From the sequence record OP870144.1: a stretch of DNA of 64,000 nt. One strand, 5' to 3'. The notes below the pieces were generated by a model that searched no databases, was not told the DNA's origin, and saw only the letters and a program-made list of their open reading frames with translations. Both the position numbers and the translations under genes were made by a program. Below, piece after piece: positions 18,874 to 28,259 of this stretch. The number at the start of each line of letters is the position of its first letter. Position 1 is the stretch's first letter. This DNA comes from Escherichia phage vB_Eco_F25.

Positions 18874-19593
18874 TTAGGATTCTTCTAAATGTCTTTTCTG
18901 AAAAGTTGATACCATACTACGATACGGTTCATTTGGATATCCGTGTTTTATAGCTTCCTTTGTAAATTTTCTCCATCCGCATTTAGTTTCTTTCCAAAGC
19001 TCGAATAATTCATCTTCATACTGCCATATAGTTAAATGAGAACGCTTTGCAGCTTTAATTCCATTAATATGCTTTTCTTTTACTGCAGGATTGCTTAGTT
19101 TCTTTTTAATAATATTACTAACTTTTCTAACAAAAACCGGGTCCTTATATCGTTGCGAAGTTTTTATTGAAGTGTTTAATTTAGCTTCCGGCGTGGATGT
19201 GACCTCTTTCATCTTTTTCTTCATATGCTGTATATGATTAGGATTTTTCCATAAATTTATAGAATGCTTTTTGCATTTTATCCTAGTTTCATCTGCAACC
19301 TTTCCTCCTTCACCCCCGTATGACAGGTTAACACAGTTTTTTCCATATTTCAATTTACCTGCCATGATATATAATATTTCAGCTTGTACCATTTTATCAT
19401 AATTATCAAAAACTTCTAAAACCGTTTTTGATAATATGTGGTCATTTGACACTTTTACACGTTCTATATAATTTCCACTACCAACATACGAATCATTGAT
19501 GTTATTAGTTATATGTCGACCATAATAGTATTTCTTAATACCTGTCTTTAAATTTAATATTTCAGTTTTATAGATAGTAAAATATTTTTTCAT
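18874..19593 (-). CDS. GIY-YIG family homing endonuclease (Seg-like)
   Basis: N-terminal TIYKTEILNLKTGIKKYYYGRH resembles GIY-x10-YIG; NUMOD-like SNPAVKEKHINGIKAAK; ATG overlaps upstream stop (ATGA). Confidence 0.7.
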   Translation of the reverse strand: MKKYFTIYKTEILNLKTGIKKYYYGRHITNNINDSYVGSGNYIERVKVSNDHILSKTVLEVFDNYDKMVQAEILYIMAGKLKYGKNCVNLSYGGEGGKVADETRIKCKKHSINLWKNPNHIQHMKKKMKEVTSTPEAKLNTSIKTSQRYKDPVFVRKVSNIIKKKLSNPAVKEKHINGIKAAKRSHLTIWQYEDELFELWKETKCGWRKFTKEAIKHGYPNEPYRSMVSTFQKRHLEES

Positions 19594-20558
19594 TTTAATA
19601 ATACCGTTTCAGCAATTTCTTCCCAATGGTTTTTGTCGGTCATAATAAAGTCAGCAAGATAAAGAGCAGTACGCAGTGAAACATTACGTAAACGGTTAAC
19701 ATTGACTTTCATCCATGATAATGCTTTATAAGTTTCTTCATCAGAAAGACCGCGTTTTTGCATCATGTCAGTTGAAAGAATAACATCTTCAACCCTAACC
19801 ATAATTTCTTCATTAGTGTGAACACCCAAATCTAAATAAACTGAGCGGGACACTAATGCTTGTAAATGTGGAGCAAGTTTAGTACCACGGTCTAATTCGC
19901 GGTCAATATCAACGTTTGTGATAAAAACAATCGTTCCTTTAAATTCAAACTCACGCTCAATGCCTTTTTCTTCTAAGTAAGAAGATGCAGTGCTCCAGCA
20001 GACTTTACGGGTCTCTCCAGTGTCCAGAGCAGCTTTCAGAAGATTAAGAATGTCCATATCAGAGAAAACATCCACATCATCAATCAAAAGGACAGAATTC
20101 TCTTCACGATTATTCCAGAGCTGTTCATAAAGACCGATACCAGAGATTTTACCATTAATGCTTTTATACTCAATGTATCCAATATCATTTGCTTTATTTA
20201 AAGCTTTATCTAAAGAATACGTTTTACCAATACCTGCCGCACCAGAGATAATTAATGAACGAATGTTTCCGTTAATAATACCATTCGTCATCATTCCCAT
20301 AACATTAAATCTTTTATTAATGCGGGTTTTCATATCTTCATATGATTCTTTAACTTCTTCAACTTTTACACCATCATATGAAATGTCTGATTTGTAAACC
20401 CAAACACCGCGACGCTTACCGTCAATTTCAACAAAAACTTTACCATCTCCTTGTGCATCTACCGGAGCATTATCTGGGAACCACTCACCTAAGAGCTCAA
20501 AAGTTCCAGAGATTTCTTTACCGAAGTAGATACCCTTATTGATAGTTACAGTTTTCAT
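19590..20558 (-). CDS. P-loop NTPase (Walker A/B ATPase)
   Basis: Walker A GAAGIGKT and Walker B VLLIDDVD; ATG at 20558 with SD GGAG (track start is a TTG artefact). Confidence 0.7.
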   Translation of the reverse strand: MKTVTINKGIYFGKEISGTFELLGEWFPDNAPVDAQGDGKVFVEIDGKRRGVWVYKSDISYDGVKVEEVKESYEDMKTRINKRFNVMGMMTNGIINGNIRSLIISGAAGIGKTYSLDKALNKANDIGYIEYKSINGKISGIGLYEQLWNNREENSVLLIDDVDVFSDMDILNLLKAALDTGETRKVCWSTASSYLEEKGIEREFEFKGTIVFITNVDIDRELDRGTKLAPHLQALVSRSVYLDLGVHTNEEIMVRVEDVILSTDMMQKRGLSDEETYKALSWMKVNVNRLRNVSLRTALYLADFIMTDKNHWEEIAETVLLK

Positions 20559-20580
20559 TTTATTCTCCAAATCCGTATCA

Positions 20581-20622
20581 GTTGATAGTTGTATAGTACC
20601 ATAAAGCTTTATGCTTGTAAAC
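20581..20622 (-). promoter_or_regulatory. T4-type early promoter
   Basis: GTTTAC ... TGGTACTATACAACTATCAAC on minus strand. Confidence 0.5.
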
Positions 20623-20640
20623 CGTTTTGTGAAAAATTTT

Positions 20641-20670
20641 TGAAATAAAAAAGGGAGCCCGAAGGCTCCC
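20641..20670 (-). terminator. rho-independent terminator
   Basis: GGGAGCC-TTCG-GGCTCCC hairpin followed by TTTTTTATTT on minus strand. Confidence 0.6.
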
Positions 20671-20672
20671 TA

Positions 20673-21683
20673 TCATTTATAATAACTTTGGTGGTTTTCA
20701 AGATAAACCTTCTCAAGGAAGTCATCCCAGAAACCCATGTCTACTTTTTGCTGCATACCGTTCTTAGAAGCTTCAGTAGATGCTGCTTCTACTTGATCGA
20801 CCACATCTTCCAAAAACTCTTGAACCGTTTTAAATGGATGTTTACCCAACTTCACGTCGAGAATAAATGGAGCATCTTGAAGTGGATAGACTAAGTCACC
20901 AGTTTTGTAAATTTCCAATAGTTGGAGTCCACCACGACAAGCATGACTCAGAGCTTTCCAGTCAATGCCCTCATTCGCTTCAGCCTTACGAGCGCGTTCG
21001 CCGTATTCAGCATCAAGTTTATTCAAAGACTGCTTAAGCTCAATAAGAGAAAGCGTTGTTTGATATTTACGACCCAACACAGTGTAGAACGTTTGTGGGC
21101 CTGTTTTCTCATGATTATGAAATACCCATTCACAGAATTCATTCTCTGGAAGACGATGCTTAATATCTTCAACTTTAGTGCGACGCTGCTTAATAGAACC
21201 ATCTTCTTGGTAATCAACCCATTGCTCAGGGATTTGATTAACTACTTTCAATACATCACGTAATGCAGCCAAACGAGAACCCTTGACACCATATTTAGAG
21301 GCTTGTTTACGAACATACCCTAAATAGGATTTCATATTAGTTGTATAGAAACGAGATCGGTTGTCTTGAATAAACTTCCACACATCAGGCAAATCAGATT
21401 TAACCACTAGTTCAGGTGGAGTGTGAAGCATATCTAATGCTACAGTTTCACCATCTGCTGCTAATTTAAAGAAATACTTAAGACTGTATAGTTCATGGTC
21501 AATATCATCTTTAGTGTTTTTAGATGATGTGTTGTTAGTGTTTTTACTCATATGCTCTTTAACATTTCCGATAAGAATATCGCGAGCAGGAGGAACAAAG
21601 ATTTCTTTAAAATCTACATCAGATTCTGGGGTAGAAGTTCCATAAAGATGACTACCAAAATAAGACTTAACTACAGTTTTCAT
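20673..21683 (-). CDS. predicted nucleotidyltransferase-fold protein
   Basis: GS-x10-DVD signature (GSHLYGTSTPESDVD) plus downstream acidic residue in VALDMLH; ATG at 21683 with SD. Confidence 0.6.
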   Translation of the reverse strand: MKTVVKSYFGSHLYGTSTPESDVDFKEIFVPPARDILIGNVKEHMSKNTNNTSSKNTKDDIDHELYSLKYFFKLAADGETVALDMLHTPPELVVKSDLPDVWKFIQDNRSRFYTTNMKSYLGYVRKQASKYGVKGSRLAALRDVLKVVNQIPEQWVDYQEDGSIKQRRTKVEDIKHRLPENEFCEWVFHNHEKTGPQTFYTVLGRKYQTTLSLIELKQSLNKLDAEYGERARKAEANEGIDWKALSHACRGGLQLLEIYKTGDLVYPLQDAPFILDVKLGKHPFKTVQEFLEDVVDQVEAASTEASKNGMQQKVDMGFWDDFLEKVYLENHQSYYK

Positions 21684-22446
21684 TATTAGACCTTTCATAA
21701 TCTTCATTAAATTGTACAATCAATCGATGATAATTAGATTTTGGATATCCTAATTTACTTATATAAGTTCCGAATGACCCACGTTTAGGTCTATTTAATT
21801 TAATCCATAACTTATAAAGTAAGTCATAGTCTTGCCAATGTTTACCAGTTCTTTGTCTAATTTTAGATGAATTTGATTGTTTCTTTTTAGTTTCAAAATT
21901 ATTCAAAGATTTTTTGACTGCAGCAGAGTGTTTTTCTTTAACTCCCGGTCGTTTAAAAGCAGCTTTCACCCCTTTAGATATTTTTTCTTTAACTTCCGGT
22001 TTGTTTTGTGCTTCTAACTGGGATTCTGAAATTTTAGCCCTTATTTCAGGAAGACTTAATGTTATCGAACGTTTTTCTCTGTATTCATTAGACTTCCACA
22101 TTTCTTTCATTGTATTAGAATGTATTTTTGAAAATTTTTCTCTAACTAACTGATATCCTCTTGAAGTTAATTTGAGATTTCTTCCTAAAGAATCTTCTCC
22201 AAAATTATAAAATGACCACCATGCATAAATTAATCCAGGCGAATTATAATGAATTTTAGCTAAAAGCCAATGGGCTATAAAATGCTCTCTAGCTGTTAAT
22301 AAAACTAGATTATCAGAATCATCATTACCACCAATACAAGATGGAATAATATGATGCTTTTCCGTATAAAAATTTAATTTAGATTTATCTAATTTTCTGA
22401 GTTTTCCTTTCTTAATTAAATTATTATATACTTTAGTATAATTCAT
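21667..22446 (-). CDS. HNH homing endonuclease (Mob-like) with NUMOD3 motifs
   Basis: HHIIPSCIGGNDDSDNLVLLTAREHFIAHW HNH core; PEVKEKISKG and PGVKEKHSAAVKKS repeats. Confidence 0.7.
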   Translation of the reverse strand: MNYTKVYNNLIKKGKLRKLDKSKLNFYTEKHHIIPSCIGGNDDSDNLVLLTAREHFIAHWLLAKIHYNSPGLIYAWWSFYNFGEDSLGRNLKLTSRGYQLVREKFSKIHSNTMKEMWKSNEYREKRSITLSLPEIRAKISESQLEAQNKPEVKEKISKGVKAAFKRPGVKEKHSAAVKKSLNNFETKKKQSNSSKIRQRTGKHWQDYDLLYKLWIKLNRPKRGSFGTYISKLGYPKSNYHRLIVQFNEDYERSNNENCS

Positions 22447-22520
22447 TGGTTCTTCGTCTCATTTAATTTTGCTTTGCATTTATAACACATGTCTGTTCCA
22501 CTTGAAATAAACATATTTCC

Positions 22521-23063
22521 TCACTTTGAAATCATAGTTGGAATGACAGAATCAAGATAAGTCTTTAGCGCAATAGCTTCGTCTTTTGTAAATGTAACAA
22601 TATGTGCTCGAAAATCGTCAATTTGGCGAATAGTTAAGACATCTCCTTCTTCATAACATTTTGATACATTTAAAACAGTTTCATCATTCTGATCGCACTG
22701 ATCGCAAGCGTTAGTAATAATAGCATTGCAATTTTTGAGCCATTTTAAACTATGTTTTCTTTCATTAGAATAATAAAAATATTTAATCTTAGCTATAAAA
22801 CTATCCCAATGGATAACTGATAAACACATTGACTCACTTTTAATATTAAATCCTGGGCATGAAGAATAAAAATGAATTTTGTGCTCATCATTGATGCTTA
22901 CTATTTTATCAGTATAAGGATATTCAATTTGGATTAAATGAACGATTTCACTAGGCGTAAAATATAGCATATCGTCTTCTTGCGTCAAACGATACATGTT
23001 ATTTACTTTTTCTATAGCCAATTCACCAAAAAGCGGACTAACTTCTAATACTAATCGTTTCAT
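22521..23063 (-). CDS. hypothetical protein (180 aa)
   Basis: ORF; ATG at 23063 (MKRLVLEV). Confidence 0.55.
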   Translation of the reverse strand: MKRLVLEVSPLFGELAIEKVNNMYRLTQEDDMLYFTPSEIVHLIQIEYPYTDKIVSINDEHKIHFYSSCPGFNIKSESMCLSVIHWDSFIAKIKYFYYSNERKHSLKWLKNCNAIITNACDQCDQNDETVLNVSKCYEEGDVLTIRQIDDFRAHIVTFTKDEAIALKTYLDSVIPTMISK

Positions 23064-23210
23064 ATTGATTCTCTTCGACTCACTCACAATTACATACTCC
23101 TTTGAATAATATCAATAATGTTGTTCACCAGATTATAAGTAAACATTGGGTAATTATATTGAATCATCACATACACAATAAACAAAAATTTCATTCTCTT
23201 CTCCTTGGCA

Positions 23211-23252
23211 GTTGACAAGGTTATGGTATAGTAATCTTGTCAACTTGTAAAC
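23211..23252 (-). promoter_or_regulatory. candidate early promoter
   Basis: GTTTAC-N16-TATACCATA on minus strand within a palindromic TTGACAAG...CTTGTCAA context. Confidence 0.4.
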
Positions 23253-23254
23253 CA

Positions 23255-23428
23255 TTAAATGACGTTTTCAATAAAATTCTGAAGCTTTGTGTGAGCATCA
23301 ACCATGATTTTCATTTCTTCTTTGGCAAAAGCTGTGCCTCTTTCACGAGAAGAACATTCATAGTCAGAAACTGCATTAGCATATTCTTCAATTAGTTTCA
23401 TTAAAAACATCTGCTTTTCAGTTTTCAT
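23255..23428 (-). CDS. small hypothetical protein (57 aa)
   Basis: ATG embedded in the 3' end of upstream ORF; below track size cutoff. Confidence 0.3.
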   Translation of the reverse strand: MKTEKQMFLMKLIEEYANAVSDYECSSRERGTAFAKEEMKIMVDAHTKLQNFIENVI

Positions 23429-23612
23429 TATTCCACCTAATCATTTCAAGATATTGAACTAACTTAGCTTTAGATTTATCCAAATCTCTTTTAGCTGCTT
23501 CTATACCGTCGTATGAATATCCTTCACAATGCTCAACTGCTAATTGATATGAATCTATTTCAATATCACGTGCTAATTTAATGATTTTTTCAAACTGTTC
23601 GTGTGTTAACAT
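23418..23612 (-). CDS. hypothetical protein (64 aa)
   Basis: ATG-initiated ORF. Confidence 0.45.
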   Translation of the reverse strand: MLTHEQFEKIIKLARDIEIDSYQLAVEHCEGYSYDGIEAAKRDLDKSKAKLVQYLEMIRWNNEN

Positions 23613-23614
23613 AA

Positions 23615-23818
23615 TTAAACTCTCGTATTATGATCGATAATTTCATCAAGAAACATATCTAACGCTTCTATAGCATTATCAACTTTAGCTTCAAAGTCTT
23701 TAATGCCTTTATTCGAAATACCCGATGAATACCAAGCAAAGTCAATCAGCTCTTCATCTGCTTTACGAATTGAAGCCACTAATTCCTTGATTTTATCTGC
23801 TTGCTCTATACTAATCAT
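23615..23818 (-). CDS. hypothetical protein (start at internal ATG)
   Basis: Track ORF 23615..23854; ATG at 23818 abuts upstream stop. Confidence 0.4.
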   Translation of the reverse strand: MISIEQADKIKELVASIRKADEELIDFAWYSSGISNKGIKDFEAKVDNAIEALDMFLDEIIDHNTRV

Positions 23819-24051
23819 TATTCCACCACATATGACAGAGAGAATATTGCACACGCCATGTGAGTTGCAACTTCATCACACATATTATAACGTTTCTTAA
23901 GAAGTTCTACAAGTTCTTCACTAGTAACTTCATCCATGTCGACGAAAAAATCACCATTAATGATGACGTAGATATTTCCTTCTTGATTGAGTGCTTCAAT
24001 TTTCATGATGTTCTCCTCTTTATCCGATAGTTGTATAGTATCACAGCTCAA
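23818..24051 (-). CDS. hypothetical acidic protein (77 aa)
   Basis: ORF downstream of early promoter. Confidence 0.45.
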
Positions 24052-24064
24052 ATGGAAAGTAAAC
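24024..24064 (-). promoter_or_regulatory. T4-type early promoter
   Basis: GTTTAC ... TGTGATACTATACAACTATCGG on minus strand. Confidence 0.5.
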
Positions 24065-24069
24065 CGGTA

Positions 24070-24097
24070 AAATGAAAAAAGTCTCCCGAAGGAGACT
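24070..24097 (-). terminator. rho-independent terminator
   Basis: GTCTCC-TTCG-GGAGAC hairpin followed by TTTTTTCATTTT. Confidence 0.6.
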
Positions 24098-24101
24098 AAT
24101 G

Positions 24102-24488
24102 TTATTCGAGGGAAAGAAGATACTTACTCTGGTAAAACATCCCAGTAATATCATCTATCGTGCTTTGAATGGCTGGAGGCATTTCTTTATAAATGCTGTT
24201 AGATTGGTCTAGTATGCGATCAATCATTTTAATTGTGTCGGTAGGAAGTTTACTGGCATCTGGAATTGAAGGCGTGTATTTTCTACCAGAATACCCCAAA
24301 TATTGCTCACCAAATTTATCAATCAAATCTGGCAATTCGGAGAAAATAAAATCGTATGCTTTGTGTCTAGCATAACTTTTAGTTTCAAAATGTGCAGAAT
24401 GAAAATAAGCTTGTGCAGCCATTAATAAACCTAAGTATTCATCTGCCTTTGAAGGTTTTCCACTTTGTGAAAAGTCGCTGAATTTCAT
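24102..24488 (-). CDS. hypothetical protein downstream of rI (rI.-1 position)
   Basis: 128-aa ORF; ATG overlaps rI stop. Confidence 0.6.
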
Positions 24489-24778
24489 TCAGTCTCCAAT
24501 TTAATGTTCATAATTCTAGCGTATGATTGTGCCATCTCCGCGCCTCGTTCTATACATTCAAAATCAGAAGAGCACGGGTCATTTTTATAGGTCGTTCTCA
24601 TAAAACTATAGAACTGTTCAGATGATTCTACGCTTTTATTTTCAAAAAGCATATAAACATGTCTAATACCAGATTCCATAAATTTATCAAAATGAGGATC
24701 GACATTCGCTTCAATTGGTAGAGATAAAGCAAATGACAATCCTAGCATGGCAAATAGTGCCGTTGCTTTTAAGGCCAT
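24485..24778 (-). CDS. rI: lysis inhibition regulator rI (periplasmic, membrane-tethered)
   Basis: 97 aa, same length as T4 RI; N-terminal signal-anchor MALKATALFAMLGLSFALS. Confidence 0.9.
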   Translation of the reverse strand: MALKATALFAMLGLSFALSLPIEANVDPHFDKFMESGIRHVYMLFENKSVESSEQFYSFMRTTYKNDPCSSDFECIERGAEMAQSYARIMNIKLETE

Positions 24779-24787
24779 AAAGGCCTC

Positions 24788-25003
24788 CTACCATTTTTGT
24801 CCTGTATTTACTTTATGCCGATGCACGGCCTTAACTTTATCAAGGTATTTTTCAAAATTTCGCAATCTAGTATAGTCTGCCGGAGATTGGTTGAGTGATA
24901 CTTCTCGACGCAAAGCTGAAATGATATTTCCAACTTCCCTACGAATTTCATCTAATTGAAGCACAGTAAGATTGCGAAGTTGCTTTTCAGTTAATTGTAG
25001 CAT
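24788..25003 (-). CDS. hypothetical protein (rI.1 position)
   Basis: 71-aa ATG ORF. Confidence 0.55.
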
Positions 25004-25045
25004 ATATACCCCTTTAGTTAGATAAACCTATTTATAACTTTTGCA

Positions 25046-25627
25046 CTAACCAAGCTTTTTAGTTAATTCATTCCAATGTTTTCTACACAAAGAAACATAA
25101 ATTTCATCACCAATACAGATTTGATTACCTTCTTTAACTGGTGTTCCATCTTCCATTAATCGAGCTGTCATAATCGCTTTTTTGCCACAATGACAAACTG
25201 CCTTTAGTTCAATAAGTTTATCTGCAATCGCTAAAAGTTCTTTAGAACCTTCAAACAATTTTCCAGCGAAATCAGTCCTTAATCCATAAGCCATAACAGG
25301 AACATTATATGTATCAACAATTCGACTCAATTGATGCACTTGTTCAGTTTTTAAAAACTGGGCTTCATCTACAAATACGCAATGAATATCTTTTTGTGCT
25401 TCAGCCCATTTATAGAACTCGAAAATATCCATATCATCTGTAATAATATTCGCTTCCTGTTTAATTCCAATGCGAGAAACAACTTCACAGACAGAATCGC
25501 GAGTATCAATAGCAGGCTTAAGAACTAATACACTCATTCCACGTTCTTTATAATTATGTGCAGCAGTCAAAAGAGAAGCAGATTTTCCAGCATTCATTGC
25601 TGCATAAGTAAAAATTAAACTCGCCAT
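25046..25627 (-). CDS. tk: thymidine kinase
   Basis: 193 aa; P-loop NAGKSAS and Zn-ribbon CxxC pairs typical of type II thymidine kinases. Confidence 0.9.
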   Translation of the reverse strand: MASLIFTYAAMNAGKSASLLTAAHNYKERGMSVLVLKPAIDTRDSVCEVVSRIGIKQEANIITDDMDIFEFYKWAEAQKDIHCVFVDEAQFLKTEQVHQLSRIVDTYNVPVMAYGLRTDFAGKLFEGSKELLAIADKLIELKAVCHCGKKAIMTARLMEDGTPVKEGNQICIGDEIYVSLCRKHWNELTKKLG

Positions 25628-25636
25628 ATCACCTTC

Positions 25637-25822
25637 TTAAAGCGTATTCACATAAGCTATTAATTCATTTTCTTTCTTATCAAACCGATCAGCAAATTCT
25701 TCCTGCTGTTCTGGAGATAGCGGGCCGTATTCATCATAAAAGGTGTTTGCTTCTATATGCTCATCTAGAAGTTCATGGATAAGCTCAAACAATTTATCTT
25801 TTTGTTCTTTACTCAGACTCAT
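25637..25822 (-). CDS. hypothetical acidic protein (61 aa)
   Basis: ATG ORF. Confidence 0.5.
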   Translation of the reverse strand: MSLSKEQKDKLFELIHELLDEHIEANTFYDEYGPLSPEQQEEFADRFDKKENELIAYVNTL

Positions 25823-25827
25823 ATATT

Positions 25828-25992
25828 AATTTCCAGGAGTTTTAAAATAATTCGCTTTTGCTTAAATATTTCCATAGTTAAATGACCAGTATCTTTTTGA
25901 CCAATTCCAATGGCAAAACCTTTATTAACAGCGAGTTCAATTAAATTATCAAGCTCACGTAACACTTCGTATTGTAACTCAAAACTATTCAT
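25828..25992 (-). CDS. small hypothetical protein (54 aa)
   Basis: ATG overlapping upstream stop (ATGA); fills a 166-nt gap; below track size cutoff. Confidence 0.3.
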
Positions 25993-26216
25993 TTTGGTTT
26001 ACCTTCTTTAACGAAATCAGGATAAGGATAAAATCCTGAATAAAATCCTTCACCTTTATGATTGATGCATCCTTTATTAGAACAATAGCACCAATAATCG
26101 AAATCACAAGTCATTTCATCATTACATAAAGCAAAAACAACCGGCCACTTACACTTTTCACAATGGGCATTTTTAAGAATACTAGTTTGGCTCATAACCA
26201 TGTAACCTTTAAGCAA
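25989..26216 (-). CDS. cysteine-rich small protein (possible Zn-binding)
   Basis: CEKCKW...CNDEMTCDFDYWCYCSNKGC. Confidence 0.45.
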   Translation of the reverse strand: MLKGYMVMSQTSILKNAHCEKCKWPVVFALCNDEMTCDFDYWCYCSNKGCINHKGEGFYSGFYPYPDFVKEGKPK

Positions 26217-26404
26217 TATTCTTCTACATGTTGTTTACGACCTTTCTTATCAATAAAGGTATATTCAACGAATGTTCCAATGTAGTCTTTATCTACATCA
26301 TGTGGACTATTAATTGGACATTTAGTACGGCAAATGCGTTCCCATTGACGAATAATTTCCACTTTATTTTTAGGGTCAAATGGATGCGGGTAATGTACTT
26401 TCAT
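26192..26404 (-). CDS. hypothetical protein (70 aa)
   Basis: ATG ORF. Confidence 0.45.
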   Translation of the reverse strand: MKVHYPHPFDPKNKVEIIRQWERICRTKCPINSPHDVDKDYIGTFVEYTFIDKKGRKQHVEEYCLKVTWL

Positions 26405-26855
26405 AATCCACCACTATTAAATCAATATCAGGAGTAAACATGTCGATTAATTTAGAAACCTTATCCCAATCACCGCCAGCAATACCACAACCTATACGTG
26501 GAATGTAAATTACCGGTTTAAACAAAAGGGTTTCTGCCTGTAGATTTAATTCTATCATGCAGTTTACTAAAGCACCATAATCAAGATTAGGACCTGGTTC
26601 GTATTGCGTATACAAGTTATAACATATGCCAAAACCATTAGGTTTATGTTTAAAAACAATAGACATATCGCCTAATTTATCACGAGAACCGTACTCAGTT
26701 GTGGTCTTATCTATTTCTAAAATTTTGGGGTAGGCTCTTGCTAATTGACCCGCTACACCTGAACCCATAGTATGAAAACAGTTACACCCGTGCGCAATAA
26801 TATTACCTTCAAGAAAGAGGGCGACAATATCGCCCTTGATATATTTTACAATCAT
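26376..26855 (-). CDS. macrodomain protein (TARG1/OARD1-like ADP-ribose-processing fold)
   Basis: GDIV...IAHGCNCFHTMGSGVAGQLARAYP and PRIGCGIAGGDWDKV resemble TARG1 motifs. Confidence 0.6.
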   Translation of the reverse strand: MIVKYIKGDIVALFLEGNIIAHGCNCFHTMGSGVAGQLARAYPKILEIDKTTTEYGSRDKLGDMSIVFKHKPNGFGICYNLYTQYEPGPNLDYGALVNCMIELNLQAETLLFKPVIYIPRIGCGIAGGDWDKVSKLIDMFTPDIDLIVVDYESTLPASI

Positions 26856-27193
26856 CTAGTACTCAATCCTCGATTATAAGAATCTACCAAACGGTCAACC
26901 ATTGAATGACAAGCGGCTTTATCTTTCTCCTCCGCAACTGAACATTCTAAGGTATTCCACTTTTTAGCATATCGTTTTAACAATGTATCATTTTTGTATC
27001 TGCTTGATTTATCTCTTTCTCCGTCTTTATATGCATATATTAATTTCTGCGCAAATTCAGCTTGGCATGCTTTATTTTTCCCGCAATAATCCGCGGCAGT
27101 ACGGTTTACATACTCTCTAATTTCAGTATATGATGTATTTGCTAACGCAGAAAATGAAATTAATCCTATACATAAAACCAAAATTTTAGTCAT
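26852..27193 (-). CDS. secreted/periplasmic protein with signal peptide
   Basis: N-terminal MTKILVLCIGLISFSALA signal sequence; 113 aa. Confidence 0.55.
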   Translation of the reverse strand: MTKILVLCIGLISFSALANTSYTEIREYVNRTAADYCGKNKACQAEFAQKLIYAYKDGERDKSSRYKNDTLLKRYAKKWNTLECSVAEEKDKAACHSMVDRLVDSYNRGLSTR

Positions 27194-27731
27194 TTACTAT
27201 TTCCAGTAGTTTATTATTTTTAAGGTAGTTAGCCTTTTCTAGGACTTCAGAAGCATATTTAGAACCTGCTTTAACATTCCATCCCGAATTATAAGAGGAT
27301 ATTGCCTTTCTTATATCACCCTTATGTATATTTAACCAATAAGAAAGTTCAATGTACGCCCAGGAAGCTGAATTGGACCGTTTATTCAACATTCTTTTTA
27401 TTTCAGCATCGGTCATATTATAACCAAGTTCCTTAACTCTTGCTCGCATTGTCGGCAAATAATTTTGGAACATTCCATAGGCATGATGCTTTGGTTTAGA
27501 TTTTAAATTAACTCCGGCAGAGCTTTCTTGCCATAAAATAGCAGCCATTATATGACCTAATCCGCTCTTGTGGATATTTTTGTGTGTTTTATATTTTCCA
27601 TCCTTAGAAAATTGTTCCCCGAATTGATACGCGTAACGCATGTTATCGAGTTGGACATTACTGAAAGTATGCTCGGAGCTATGTGCCATCATTGAAATGG
27701 CCAATAGACCAGCGAGTAGTGCTTTTCTCAT
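27186..27731 (-). CDS. SLT-domain lytic transglycosylase with signal peptide
   Basis: Signal peptide MRKALLAGLLAISMMAHS; catalytic ES motif ILWQESSAG, GMFQ and SYNSG motifs. Confidence 0.7.
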   Translation of the reverse strand: MRKALLAGLLAISMMAHSSEHTFSNVQLDNMRYAYQFGEQFSKDGKYKTHKNIHKSGLGHIMAAILWQESSAGVNLKSKPKHHAYGMFQNYLPTMRARVKELGYNMTDAEIKRMLNKRSNSASWAYIELSYWLNIHKGDIRKAISSYNSGWNVKAGSKYASEVLEKANYLKNNKLLEIVND

Positions 27732-27738
27732 GCTTACC

Positions 27739-28200
27739 TCATTGAGTTTTAATTACTGCTTTAGAAGCCTTTCCCGGTAAACGACGACTGTTGATAATTG
27801 CCATCCTGCACTGAAGTGACGGGTCTTTGAACTTCTCGTTAGGTTTACAAACTGTAAATCCAAGCCAAAGATTTCCATCGGTGATTTCTAAACGCCCAGG
27901 ACGATATTCAACCCCATCAATAAAATCCTCATTAATGTCAGGACGCGGAGGCATACTTAGGAATTCATTAACTTCTAAAACATGGTCTTTTATTTTATGG
28001 AATAATTCAAAAACATATGTCTCATCAATCTCCCGTTGAATTGCACGATCAAGAAGATGTTGAGAATATTTTAGATGAAACGATGAGACCCCTGCTGCTT
28101 TTGATGCCTCACGAATCTCATTGTTAATTTGACGAAACTCCGACTCAAAGTGACGACGGAGCTTATTTCGACGGATAAAAACTTCTATGTTGATAGTCAT
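27739..28200 (-). CDS. regB: RegB site-specific endoribonuclease
   Basis: 153 aa, same length as T4 RegB; N-terminus MTINIEVFIRRNKLRRHFESEFRQINNEIREA. Confidence 0.9.
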   Translation of the reverse strand: MTINIEVFIRRNKLRRHFESEFRQINNEIREASKAAGVSSFHLKYSQHLLDRAIQREIDETYVFELFHKIKDHVLEVNEFLSMPPRPDINEDFIDGVEYRPGRLEITDGNLWLGFTVCKPNEKFKDPSLQCRMAIINSRRLPGKASKAVIKTQ

Positions 28201-28216
28201 GTTATTCTCCTCTTAA

Positions 28217-28257
28217 CTGATAGAAAAATTATACCACAGTCAAGAGGAAAAGTAAAC
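28217..28257 (-). promoter_or_regulatory. T4-type early promoter
   Basis: GTTTAC ... TGTGGTATAAT on minus strand. Confidence 0.45.
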
Positions 28258-28259
28258 AG

